Source: an uncultured virus (IMG/VR IMGVR_UViG_3300021197_001946)
Taxonomy: Duplodnaviria; Heunggongvirae; Uroviricota; Caudoviricetes
Reading direction: 5' to 3' (one strand)
Length of the DNA: 64,000 nucleotides
IMG/VR virus record: IMGVR_UViG_3300021197_001946
A model generated the notes under the pieces. The model was not told the DNA's origin and made no database searches. It saw nothing but the letters and a program-made list of their open reading frames with translations. Of the stretch, positions 9,323 to 17,265 are shown piece after piece (position 1 is the stretch's first letter; every line of letters begins with the position of its first letter). Position numbers and translations under genes: made by a program.

Positions 9323-10340
9323 TTGGAGTAGTTTTAAAGACGCTAAGGAGCATTCTGACGCGTGGAAAAAATATTTAAACGAGAGAGATACCGGTAAATA
9401 TAATTTTGACCAGACAGTCAAAACAGAGCCAGGAATAGCTGCTCCAAAAAAGAGCGCGCCAAGTAATCGCATTTTGTTAAGTAACGCTCTCATTGGATTG
9501 GAAAAAGATGGCCTCGCATCTGGAGATCAGATTGGTCAAATTCACGATCTTATTCGCAAGGCAATTGTAGCCAAGCACGGTCGCCAACAATTTGATAAGA
9601 TGGTAGGTGAAGCCAGTACACCATTTAGTATGTCGTTTCCGACAGCTGGTTATCGCGCACCTGCAACAACGCGCCGCCGATTAGATTCAATCGATCTGAC
9701 CTCTGTAGGAATCGCAGCAGCAAACCAAGGTGAGGTTGCAAAACGCCTCAACAACTTGCTGTCTGCATTGAATATGGAAGTTATTGTAGCAGATGCTGCC
9801 GCCGCAGTTGCTGATGAGCCGGCCATCAACAAGCTTCCAAAGCTTAAGCCGGCCGCAGATGCAATTCAGTCGCTTGCTTACGATAAAATTCTTAGCCCTA
9901 AAGAGGCCAGCCAATTGCTGAGCAACGTTTTAACGACGTTAAACAAGAAAGGGTATCAATTGGACAAGATGTTTGAAGATATGCAACTTGAGGAAAGTTT
10001 CCGTGACCGACTTAAATCAATCTTTAAGGGTGTTGCACCAGTTAGTGCTCCACGAACAGCAAAGTCTACCGCAGGAGTTAAAAGAGCCGGCGCTGAAGAA
10101 TCAGTTATTACACAACAAGTTGCATCACAAGACGTAGCTTTATTGAGAAAAGCGCAGAAAAAAATAAACAACCTATTGTCTCCGTTCGATATAATGATCA
10201 AACTGGTGTCTGCAAAATTACCAAAAGGTGGCAAAGCGCCTGGGATTGACAGTATGCTGCGTTCTCCAGATGACATAGCACCAGCTTTAGAAGAATCTTT
10301 TAAACGTATGAGTAAGTTGGCCGGCATAATCAGGGATTAA
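9315..10340 (+). CDS. Hypothetical internal head protein with C-terminal RMSKLAGI tag
   Basis: Two loosely repeated helical modules; C-terminus resembles the scaffold C-terminus. Confidence 0.6.
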   Translation: MSDWSSFKDAKEHSDAWKKYLNERDTGKYNFDQTVKTEPGIAAPKKSAPSNRILLSNALIGLEKDGLASGDQIGQIHDLIRKAIVAKHGRQQFDKMVGEASTPFSMSFPTAGYRAPATTRRRLDSIDLTSVGIAAANQGEVAKRLNNLLSALNMEVIVADAAAAVADEPAINKLPKLKPAADAIQSLAYDKILSPKEASQLLSNVLTTLNKKGYQLDKMFEDMQLEESFRDRLKSIFKGVAPVSAPRTAKSTAGVKRAGAEESVITQQVASQDVALLRKAQKKINNLLSPFDIMIKLVSAKLPKGGKAPGIDSMLRSPDDIAPALEESFKRMSKLAGIIRD

Positions 10341-10342
10341 GA

Positions 10343-10864
10343 ATGGCAAATGCTGGTAAAATATTTGAATCTTGGAGAAGTTATTTAGCGGAAGGTATCA
10401 CTACTAGGCGCCGGAATGTGAGGGGAACCCAAAACCTCCCCAAAAGCTCTCCTGAAGACCCGAACTCTGCCACGCAGAAACAGAAACCATCAGCAAATAT
10501 GGACTATAGGGGCACAGATCCACAAATATTTGTGGGTCCACATTCGGTTAGAGAAAAACTTATGGATTTAAAACTGGATAAAGCTTTTATTAACAATGTT
10601 TTGGCTGCTTTAAAAATTGATTTTGAAGGCGCAGGTTTTGAAATACTTGAGAATAAAGGTAGAAGAAAAGAGATAAAACTTCCAAACACACTTCGAGCTT
10701 TAGAAACTGGCGGCAAGTCACTGGATCCAAGACAAAAAAAAGCTGTTGCTACAATTATTATTAATTTACTAAGGTTACACAGCGTGCAGCTAAAACGGTC
10801 TGACGGCGAGTGGTTAACCAAAACATGGGCCCCCATACCTCCACCAAGATATGTCATATCTTAA
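10343..10864 (+). CDS. Hypothetical protein (IFESWRSYLAE N-terminus)
   Basis: ORF; motif similar to AWKKYLNE of 9315. Confidence 0.6.
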   Translation: MANAGKIFESWRSYLAEGITTRRRNVRGTQNLPKSSPEDPNSATQKQKPSANMDYRGTDPQIFVGPHSVREKLMDLKLDKAFINNVLAALKIDFEGAGFEILENKGRRKEIKLPNTLRALETGGKSLDPRQKKAVATIIINLLRLHSVQLKRSDGEWLTKTWAPIPPPRYVIS

Positions 10865-10906
10865 GATATGTACATAACGCTTGATTAAAAAACACCTAGA
10901 GAAAAT

Positions 10907-11317
10907 ATGAAAAAATCAGATTTAAAAAAGATAATTAAACCATTAGTAAAAGAATGTATCCACGAGGTCCTAATCGAAGAAGGGGTACTCTCGAATATTG
11001 TTTCTGAAGTAGCAGTAGGTATGAGAACTGACATGCTTACTGAGGACAGGCGCCCCCAGCCGCCTCCGGTGAAACAGAGACAAAATACTCTCCCGAACAA
11101 GCAGAAAGCAAATGAGACTAAAAGAAAACTGATGGAAGCTATCAATAAAGATGCATATAATGGTGTGAACTTATTTGAAGGGACACAACCTATGACATCA
11201 TATGAAGCTTCCCCGACCCCACAAGGTTCAACGGATCTCGGGCACCCATCGGATTCGGGAGTTGATATCAGTGCATTAATGGGAGATGCATCTAAAATTT
11301 GGCAGGCAATGAAGTAG
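10907..11317 (+). CDS. Hypothetical head-associated protein (MKKSDLKKIIK...LIEE)
   Basis: ORF; shared N-terminal motif. Confidence 0.65.
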   Translation: MKKSDLKKIIKPLVKECIHEVLIEEGVLSNIVSEVAVGMRTDMLTEDRRPQPPPVKQRQNTLPNKQKANETKRKLMEAINKDAYNGVNLFEGTQPMTSYEASPTPQGSTDLGHPSDSGVDISALMGDASKIWQAMK

Positions 11318-11321
11318 GAAT

Positions 11322-11570
11322 ATGATGAAAAAGAAACACAATGTTAGCGTGACTGCTAGAGAATGTCGTAACAATACAGAAAAAATGATACGAAAATTCT
11401 TAAAGAAAGTTAAAAAAGAAAGAATTATTGAAGAAGTAAGAGATAGGAGATATTATAAAAAACCTTCTGTTGCTAAAAAAGAAAAAAGTGAAAAGGCCCG
11501 CAGAGCAAAAGCACGCCTTGAACAAAAGCGCATGAGAGTAAAAGAAAGGCGCAATAGAACAAATAAGTGA
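11322..11570 (+). CDS. rpsU: Phage-encoded ribosomal protein bS21
   Basis: EKMIRKFLKKVKKERIIEEVRDRRYYKKPSVAKKEK matches the S21 pattern (E.ALRRFK......I..E...R..Y.KPS...K). Confidence 0.85.
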   Translation: MMKKKHNVSVTARECRNNTEKMIRKFLKKVKKERIIEEVRDRRYYKKPSVAKKEKSEKARRAKARLEQKRMRVKERRNRTNK

Positions 11571-11578
11571 CTATTTAT
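11571..11578 (+). promoter_or_regulatory. Representative putative late promoter CTATTTA(T)
   Basis: Same motif precedes many virion genes (6860, 7745, 8519, 15843, 16082, 19235, 22250, 22922, 25937, 51492; CTAATTA at 12730, 13516, 30856). Confidence 0.7.
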
Positions 11579-11609
11579 ATTGAATATATAAAAATTTGGA
11601 GGTTTATAA

Positions 11610-12026
11610 ATGGCTAATCAAACACCTATCTCTTGGAAAACAAGTGTCGGGCTTAATCATGTCGGTGCGTTCCAAGTAAGCGGCCGGCCCTTTGCAAGTG
11701 GCAGTGTCGCTGCTCCTGTTGCAAGGCCTGTTATCTTTCCAACCGTTACAAAGTGGGTCCAAGTAATTAACCACGGTAACACTCCGGTTAAAGTGGGGTT
11801 CTCCCAAAAAGGTGTTACCGGCGGCGGTACTAACTACTTTACAGTGCCTGCATCCGGCTCTGTATCGGGCCCCGGCTCATCACCAGTCCTCGACGTTAAA
11901 ATATCTCAACTTTGGATTTCGGGATCTACTAGCGTTGATGTAGTTGCCGGGTTGACAAACATAGATGCTTACAAAACCAACACCGATACTGGCGCTAGTT
12001 GGAGTGGTTCAGCAGGAGTTGGTTAA
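11610..12026 (+). CDS. Putative virion structural protein
   Basis: Beta-rich, S/G/T-rich; late promoter motif at 11571 and GGAGG RBS. Confidence 0.6.
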   Translation: MANQTPISWKTSVGLNHVGAFQVSGRPFASGSVAAPVARPVIFPTVTKWVQVINHGNTPVKVGFSQKGVTGGGTNYFTVPASGSVSGPGSSPVLDVKISQLWISGSTSVDVVAGLTNIDAYKTNTDTGASWSGSAGVG

Positions 12027-12028
12027 GA

Positions 12029-12733
12029 ATGGGAATCGGATGGGCTTATGTAGATTGCGCGGACGCCGGCGGCGGACAAGCAGCTGGACCAACAGGTTCA
12101 CTGCAGTTTTTAACGGGCACTAATGTCACAAGCGGTTCAGCTAAACTGCTGTACCACACTAGTGCTGTTGGTGGCTATGGTCCATCTACATTAATTTTAT
12201 CTGGTAATTTAATAGTAACTGGTACAGTGAGCGCCAGTGTATTTCAATATCGTGACATATCCGTCATCGACGCCACCGGCTCAACGGAATTTGGTGACTC
12301 GAATGATGATACACATATGAGAACCGGAAGCCTCGTTGTCACCACCAAGGGCCCGGCAAACCCAATCCAGATTCTTAGTGCCAGTACAAGCACCAAAGCA
12401 ACTCACATTATAGGCCTTAATGTATCGTACGAATATGTGCCGCCTACGACTAGTTTAATAGCGGTATACACTGCTAGTGCACCCAGTTATATTATAGGCG
12501 TTAGATCGACAGGGAGTGTGCAAATTGAAATTCCTGCAGCTACCACCTATAAATCAGGAAGCATCTTACTTGTTAAAGATGAAGTTGGCCACATAAACGG
12601 TACAGATATTAAATTAAGTGCATCAGGCCCAGCCATTACTTATACTATCGATGGCGCCACAACTTATACAATGACTGGTTCAAACCCTGCTATTAGTTTA
12701 TATTCGAATGGGATCAACTGGTTTGTCTTCTAA
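12029..12733 (+). CDS. Putative head fibre/decoration protein, paralog 1
   Basis: AGPTGSLQF motif and C-terminal VKDE...TIDG...LYSNG..WFVF domain; likely start ATG 12029. Confidence 0.6.
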   Translation: MGIGWAYVDCADAGGGQAAGPTGSLQFLTGTNVTSGSAKLLYHTSAVGGYGPSTLILSGNLIVTGTVSASVFQYRDISVIDATGSTEFGDSNDDTHMRTGSLVVTTKGPANPIQILSASTSTKATHIIGLNVSYEYVPPTTSLIAVYTASAPSYIIGVRSTGSVQIEIPAATTYKSGSILLVKDEVGHINGTDIKLSASGPAITYTIDGATTYTMTGSNPAISLYSNGINWFVF

Positions 12734-12756
12734 TTAGTTTAAGGGAGGCTGCGTAA

Positions 12757-13494
12757 ATGTCCTATAATAATATGTCGGGCACAGTTTTCTTGCCTGGTCA
12801 ATTGCTTCCCAGGCTTGATATAGCAGTAGCTACCATTCTCTCTGGAAATTTAAGCACTTCAGACGCTGCAGAAGTCATAAATATTCCACGTGTTTCAAAT
12901 GCAACGAATAACGCATTAATAACTAATGTTGGTGGTGATGCAAATGCGCTAGTTTGCGAAAGTAATTTGACTTTCGATGGTACCACCTTAAATGTTAACG
13001 GAGTAGTGAGCGCTAGCGCTGGGCTATCTGCCTCATTTTTGCGGGGTGATGGCAGGTACTTAACAAATGTGTTAGCTGATCATGTGATTGCTGAGGGTCC
13101 AGCACACTCTATACAATTCCACGATTCATCGGATGGTGATTTGACTGGGTCGTTAAATCTTACGTTTCAAAATAATATCTTATCAATCTCAGCAGGCCTT
13201 GTTTTAAGCAGGAGATCTGTCAATTCGACAATTACCGCATCGGCCACAGATTACTATATAGGTGTCGATACCAGCGGCGGTGCTTTATCTGTGCGATTAC
13301 CTAATGCTGGTGGACTAAGTAGTGGCCATACTTACGTCGTAAAAGACGAAGGGGGCGCCTCCAACTCAAATAAAATAACTATTTTGGCTTCAGGATCGCA
13401 AACAATCGACGGTGAAAATTCGATTGTTTTAGAGTCATCTTATGCATCTGTGCAGCTTTATTCAAACGGAAACAGTAAATTCCATATCTTCTAA
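12757..13494 (+). CDS. Putative head fibre/decoration protein, paralog 2
   Basis: EGPAHSIQF; C-terminal DYYIGVD...LP...VKDE...TIDG...LYSNG domain. Confidence 0.6.
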   Translation: MSYNNMSGTVFLPGQLLPRLDIAVATILSGNLSTSDAAEVINIPRVSNATNNALITNVGGDANALVCESNLTFDGTTLNVNGVVSASAGLSASFLRGDGRYLTNVLADHVIAEGPAHSIQFHDSSDGDLTGSLNLTFQNNILSISAGLVLSRRSVNSTITASATDYYIGVDTSGGALSVRLPNAGGLSSGHTYVVKDEGGASNSNKITILASGSQTIDGENSIVLESSYASVQLYSNGNSKFHIF

Positions 13495-13614
13495 TTTTTT
13501 TTAGAACGTTCCACACTAATTATAAGCGAGCAGGTACTCAATATCTGAATCAAATTTGGATAGGTGTATCTGCTCAAGCTTATATAAAAACATAAAATGG
13601 AGGGTTTTTAAAAA

Positions 13615-15771
13615 ATGGCTTATAAATTTCAAAGAAATGCCGCGTTACTTAGCGGCTCTATCGAGTTAGGCGGAGGCGGCGCCGAAGCCGAGATCTCAGT
13701 TGCCAAACAAGATGGCGAAAAAGTGTTCTCCGCGGACGCTACTGGTGCAGTATCTGGTTCTGGCGGTGGTGAGTTCTCAAGTCTTAAGATTGACAATGTC
13801 ACTGTTATGACTGCGGCTCAACAACTTTCTAATGTTGCTTCTTTAGATGGAACAACAGAAGCTACAATCGAGGCTGCAATCGATACACTTGCTAACCTTG
13901 CAACTGCAGGTCAGGCTGGCAACGAGCTTGCTATGCCGGGTAACATTGATGTTGCTCAGGGAATCAAAATTGCTACCTCAAACTTTGTTGACGCCAGTCG
14001 CAATGTCTTGGCAAACAGCTTGTCGTCTTCGACTGCTATTGATGTCAAAGAGAGCAATCTTAGAATTTCTGGCGTATCAGTGAGTGCAAAGGCTATCGAT
14101 CTCAATCGTATTGATGGTTTTGGCGCAGCAGTTTATGCTGAAGCTGCCGACGACGTGGTTTTTTACGACGCTGACACTAGTACACTTAAAAGAGAGTCTG
14201 GTACAGATTTTGCTGTTCGCTTAGCAAACAGTGGTCTTAAGGCTGTTTCTGGTAGACTATTAGCTGCAACATCGTCATTCGGTGGTATCAGCTTCGATCC
14301 TGGTGGACTTTTAGGAATTACCGGTTCCCACGTCCCGAATGTTGATTTCACTGGGTTCGGTAACAGCGAAAGCTTCGTTCGCCTTCAAGCTGACGGAACT
14401 TTAGTGCAGGATACTATGGATGAGTTACGCGACGAAATCTTTGCTGATGTGAGTGGTGATGCCACTATCGCTGCTGGTGGTGTTCTTACTATCGCTGCTG
14501 GCGCTGTTGAAAATAGCATGCTTGCTGATGACGCTGTTGGAGCCGACGAGTTGGCTGCTAACGCTGTCGTTGAAGCTAGTATTGTTGACAACGCTGTCAC
14601 CCTTGCTAAGATGGCTGGTCTTGCCCGTGGTAAGATCATCTATGGTGACGCTTCTGGTGATCCTGCTGCTCTTGCTGCTGGTGCCAATGGCAAACTTCTT
14701 GTTGCTGACGCCAATGGCGACCTTTCGTGGACAACTGTAAGCGGTGACGCTACATTGTCTGCCGGTGCTCTTACCATCTCTGCTGGTGCTGTTGAGCACG
14801 GTATGCTTGCTGAAGATATTATCTCTGGTCAAGCTGCTCTCGGTAGTGCTACTGTCGCTCAAGCTGATTTGTTGATGCTTGATGATGGTCCCGGTACTGT
14901 TAAGAAGGTTACATTCTCAAACTTTGAGGATTCAATCTTTGGAAACGTTTCAGGTGATGCAACTGTTGCTGCTGGTGGTGCTTTAACTATCGCCAACAAC
15001 GCTGTTGAGAACGCAATGATGGCTGACGATTCTGTTGGCGCTGCTGAATTAATCGACGATTCTGTCGGTGCTGCTGCGATGGCTGATGATGCGGTCGGAA
15101 CTGCAGTAATTGTTGACGATGCAGTCACTTCTGCAAAAATCGCTACTGGTGCTGTCGTTGCTGACGGTATCGCTGCTGATGCCGTTGAGTCTGGTGCTCT
15201 TAATGACAACGTTATCTCAGGTCAAACTGAGTTGGCTGCTAACGGTCTTGCCGCTGGTGATGAGCTTATGATCAGCGACGGTGGAACATTAAAGAAAATC
15301 GGTGTTGATAACCTTTTCACAGATGGCCCCGGTCTTCTGTCTGCAGCAGCAGTTGCAGTAGGTGCTGACCACATCATGTTCCTTGATGGTAGTGCAACTG
15401 GAGATGCTAAAATTGAGTCTATTACAGACTTGGTTGCTGCTATGGCTGGCGCTGGACTCTCGGCTGCTCAGGGTCAACTTTCTGTCACTGGTAACAATGT
15501 TGCCCTTAAGGCTGATAGTGCTGCTCTTGTCGAAGGTTATAACTACTTTGCTGATGCTAGCTCTAACGCTACCGTAACATTGCCGGCCTCACCAACTATT
15601 GGTGATGTTGTCGTTGCTAAGGCAGGTAACCTTACTAGCGGTGCAGTAATTAACATCAACAAAGGCTCCGGCGATCACAGAATCGACGGTTTCGAAACCA
15701 TTGCTTTAGAGTCGCCATTTGCGGCTGTTACAATGGTATACGTTGTCGCTGACCACTGGAAGATTATCTAA
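13615..15771 (+). CDS. Long repetitive fibre protein
   Basis: Repeats VSGDAT.A.GG.LTI...AVE..M.ADD and 10-aa AV....IADD units; shared C-terminal domain; strong codon bias. Confidence 0.7.
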   Translation: MAYKFQRNAALLSGSIELGGGGAEAEISVAKQDGEKVFSADATGAVSGSGGGEFSSLKIDNVTVMTAAQQLSNVASLDGTTEATIEAAIDTLANLATAGQAGNELAMPGNIDVAQGIKIATSNFVDASRNVLANSLSSSTAIDVKESNLRISGVSVSAKAIDLNRIDGFGAAVYAEAADDVVFYDADTSTLKRESGTDFAVRLANSGLKAVSGRLLAATSSFGGISFDPGGLLGITGSHVPNVDFTGFGNSESFVRLQADGTLVQDTMDELRDEIFADVSGDATIAAGGVLTIAAGAVENSMLADDAVGADELAANAVVEASIVDNAVTLAKMAGLARGKIIYGDASGDPAALAAGANGKLLVADANGDLSWTTVSGDATLSAGALTISAGAVEHGMLAEDIISGQAALGSATVAQADLLMLDDGPGTVKKVTFSNFEDSIFGNVSGDATVAAGGALTIANNAVENAMMADDSVGAAELIDDSVGAAAMADDAVGTAVIVDDAVTSAKIATGAVVADGIAADAVESGALNDNVISGQTELAANGLAAGDELMISDGGTLKKIGVDNLFTDGPGLLSAAAVAVGADHIMFLDGSATGDAKIESITDLVAAMAGAGLSAAQGQLSVTGNNVALKADSAALVEGYNYFADASSNATVTLPASPTIGDVVVAKAGNLTSGAVININKGSGDHRIDGFETIALESPFAAVTMVYVVADHWKII

Positions 15772-15803
15772 TCACTGTTATTACAACTTTGGTTGGAACT
15801 TTT

Positions 15804-15840
15804 TGGATGCCCTCTTTATGGGGGCATCCTTTTTTTTCTT
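15804..15840 (+). terminator. Rho-independent terminator
   Basis: GGATGCCCTC-ttta-tGGGGGCATCC-like stem followed by a T run. Confidence 0.85.
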
Positions 15841-15858
15841 AACTATTTACTATAACCA

Positions 15859-16077
15859 ATGAAGATACTTGATTTACATGGCGCCCGACACAACACTGCG
15901 GAAATAAAAGTGATTAACTTCGTAGCAACGACTGAGACCCCCTTTAAAATAATAACAGGAGACTCGGAAGCAATGCGAAAAATAGTTATCAGTGTTATAA
16001 GACAGTATAATTATGAGTGGTACCCAGAGCACTACTCAAATTACGGTGCATATATTATCAGAGATAAAACAAATTAA
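15859..16077 (+). CDS. Stand-alone Smr (MutS2 C-terminal)-like domain protein
   Basis: ILDLHG...KIITG motifs; 72 aa. Confidence 0.65.
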   Translation: MKILDLHGARHNTAEIKVINFVATTETPFKIITGDSEAMRKIVISVIRQYNYEWYPEHYSNYGAYIIRDKTN

Positions 16078-16106
16078 GAATCTATTTATGAAAGTAGGGA
16101 ATAAAA

Positions 16107-17234
16107 ATGGCTTATAACGTTTTAAAAGGTGTCATCGAGGGCTCCGTAGATCAATATGCAGATCAAGAGATTGATGGCATAAAAATATTCAAAAACACAA
16201 TTAGTGCAAGTGTTTTTTATGATACAGACGCACAGAGTCCTTGCGCGACCCTAAAAGACGTAGCAATTAAGAAAATTAAAGGCGGTACTCCAAGTGGTGT
16301 CTTAGTCTGTGATGCCGAAGCCGGAGCACAGACTGACTACAGTTTCACTTATGCAGACAAAACTTTGAGCGTCGATAAGATTAAGGCCAAGCAAATAGCC
16401 GGCAATGCTCAGGAACTGTATAATATTCCTGCTGATAAATTTTCTGATAAGATAACTGCTAATTTTATAGTTTACAATTATGGATTGCAAGACGTCGGCG
16501 GCAGATTACAAGTCAAAGCAGCAGATGGATTAAAGTGTGATGATGATGGAATTGGTATTGACTTAATGCCAAGCAATTGTCTTGCAATTAAACATAACAA
16601 ACTCGTGCTTAACCCAGATTCAGCAGAATCTATAACTAAAGACGGACAAAACCTTAGTGATGATGATTTAATTATTGTCTCCGATGTTTCAAGCGGAACA
16701 GTAAAAAAATCAAAGTTAGCTAATTTATATTCGTCTTATCTAAATTTAAAAGTACCACATGCATCTGGTGAGCCAGGAACAATACAGTTTAAGGGCAAAA
16801 AAGAATTTGAATCAAGCAATGAATTCCGATACGACAAAAAAACCAACACAGTTGAAGTCGACGGAAGACTAAGAGCAAACACTCTTGTCTCTAAGGGAAA
16901 GCTTACCTGTGAAGGTGCAGTCTACCATAATATAGTAACAGTTACCGACACCATATACAATGTATCAGATTATGACTATACGATTGTGTGTGACGCATCT
17001 AATAACAGGATCACAATCAATTTGCCCCCTCCCCAGAATAATAAGGGTAGAGTTATTATAGTCAAGAAAGCAAACAAGGACAAATATAAAATAAATTCAA
17101 ATTTAGTGTCTATCACTTGCGCCGAGGGCGTTATTGATATAAACAATAAAACAGAGATAAAGATGAATTTTTCAACAAAAACATTCCAATCAGATGGAAA
17201 TAATTGGTGGATTATTGGAACTTACGGAAACTGA
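16107..17234 (+). CDS. Putative fibre protein, paralog
   Basis: MAYN N-terminus, SGEPGTIQF, C-terminal DYTIVCD...LP...IIVKK...SDGNNWWII. Confidence 0.6.
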   Translation: MAYNVLKGVIEGSVDQYADQEIDGIKIFKNTISASVFYDTDAQSPCATLKDVAIKKIKGGTPSGVLVCDAEAGAQTDYSFTYADKTLSVDKIKAKQIAGNAQELYNIPADKFSDKITANFIVYNYGLQDVGGRLQVKAADGLKCDDDGIGIDLMPSNCLAIKHNKLVLNPDSAESITKDGQNLSDDDLIIVSDVSSGTVKKSKLANLYSSYLNLKVPHASGEPGTIQFKGKKEFESSNEFRYDKKTNTVEVDGRLRANTLVSKGKLTCEGAVYHNIVTVTDTIYNVSDYDYTIVCDASNNRITINLPPPQNNKGRVIIVKKANKDKYKINSNLVSITCAEGVIDINNKTEIKMNFSTKTFQSDGNNWWIIGTYGN

Positions 17235-17265
17235 GCATTATTTAGTAAAACGGAGAACTTAATTA

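Noticed and set aside
14400..15300. Repeats in the fibre gene as a CRISPR array or DGR template/variable repeat
   Set aside because: Degenerate in-frame protein repeats; no spacers, no adenine-specific variation, no reverse transcriptase in the window
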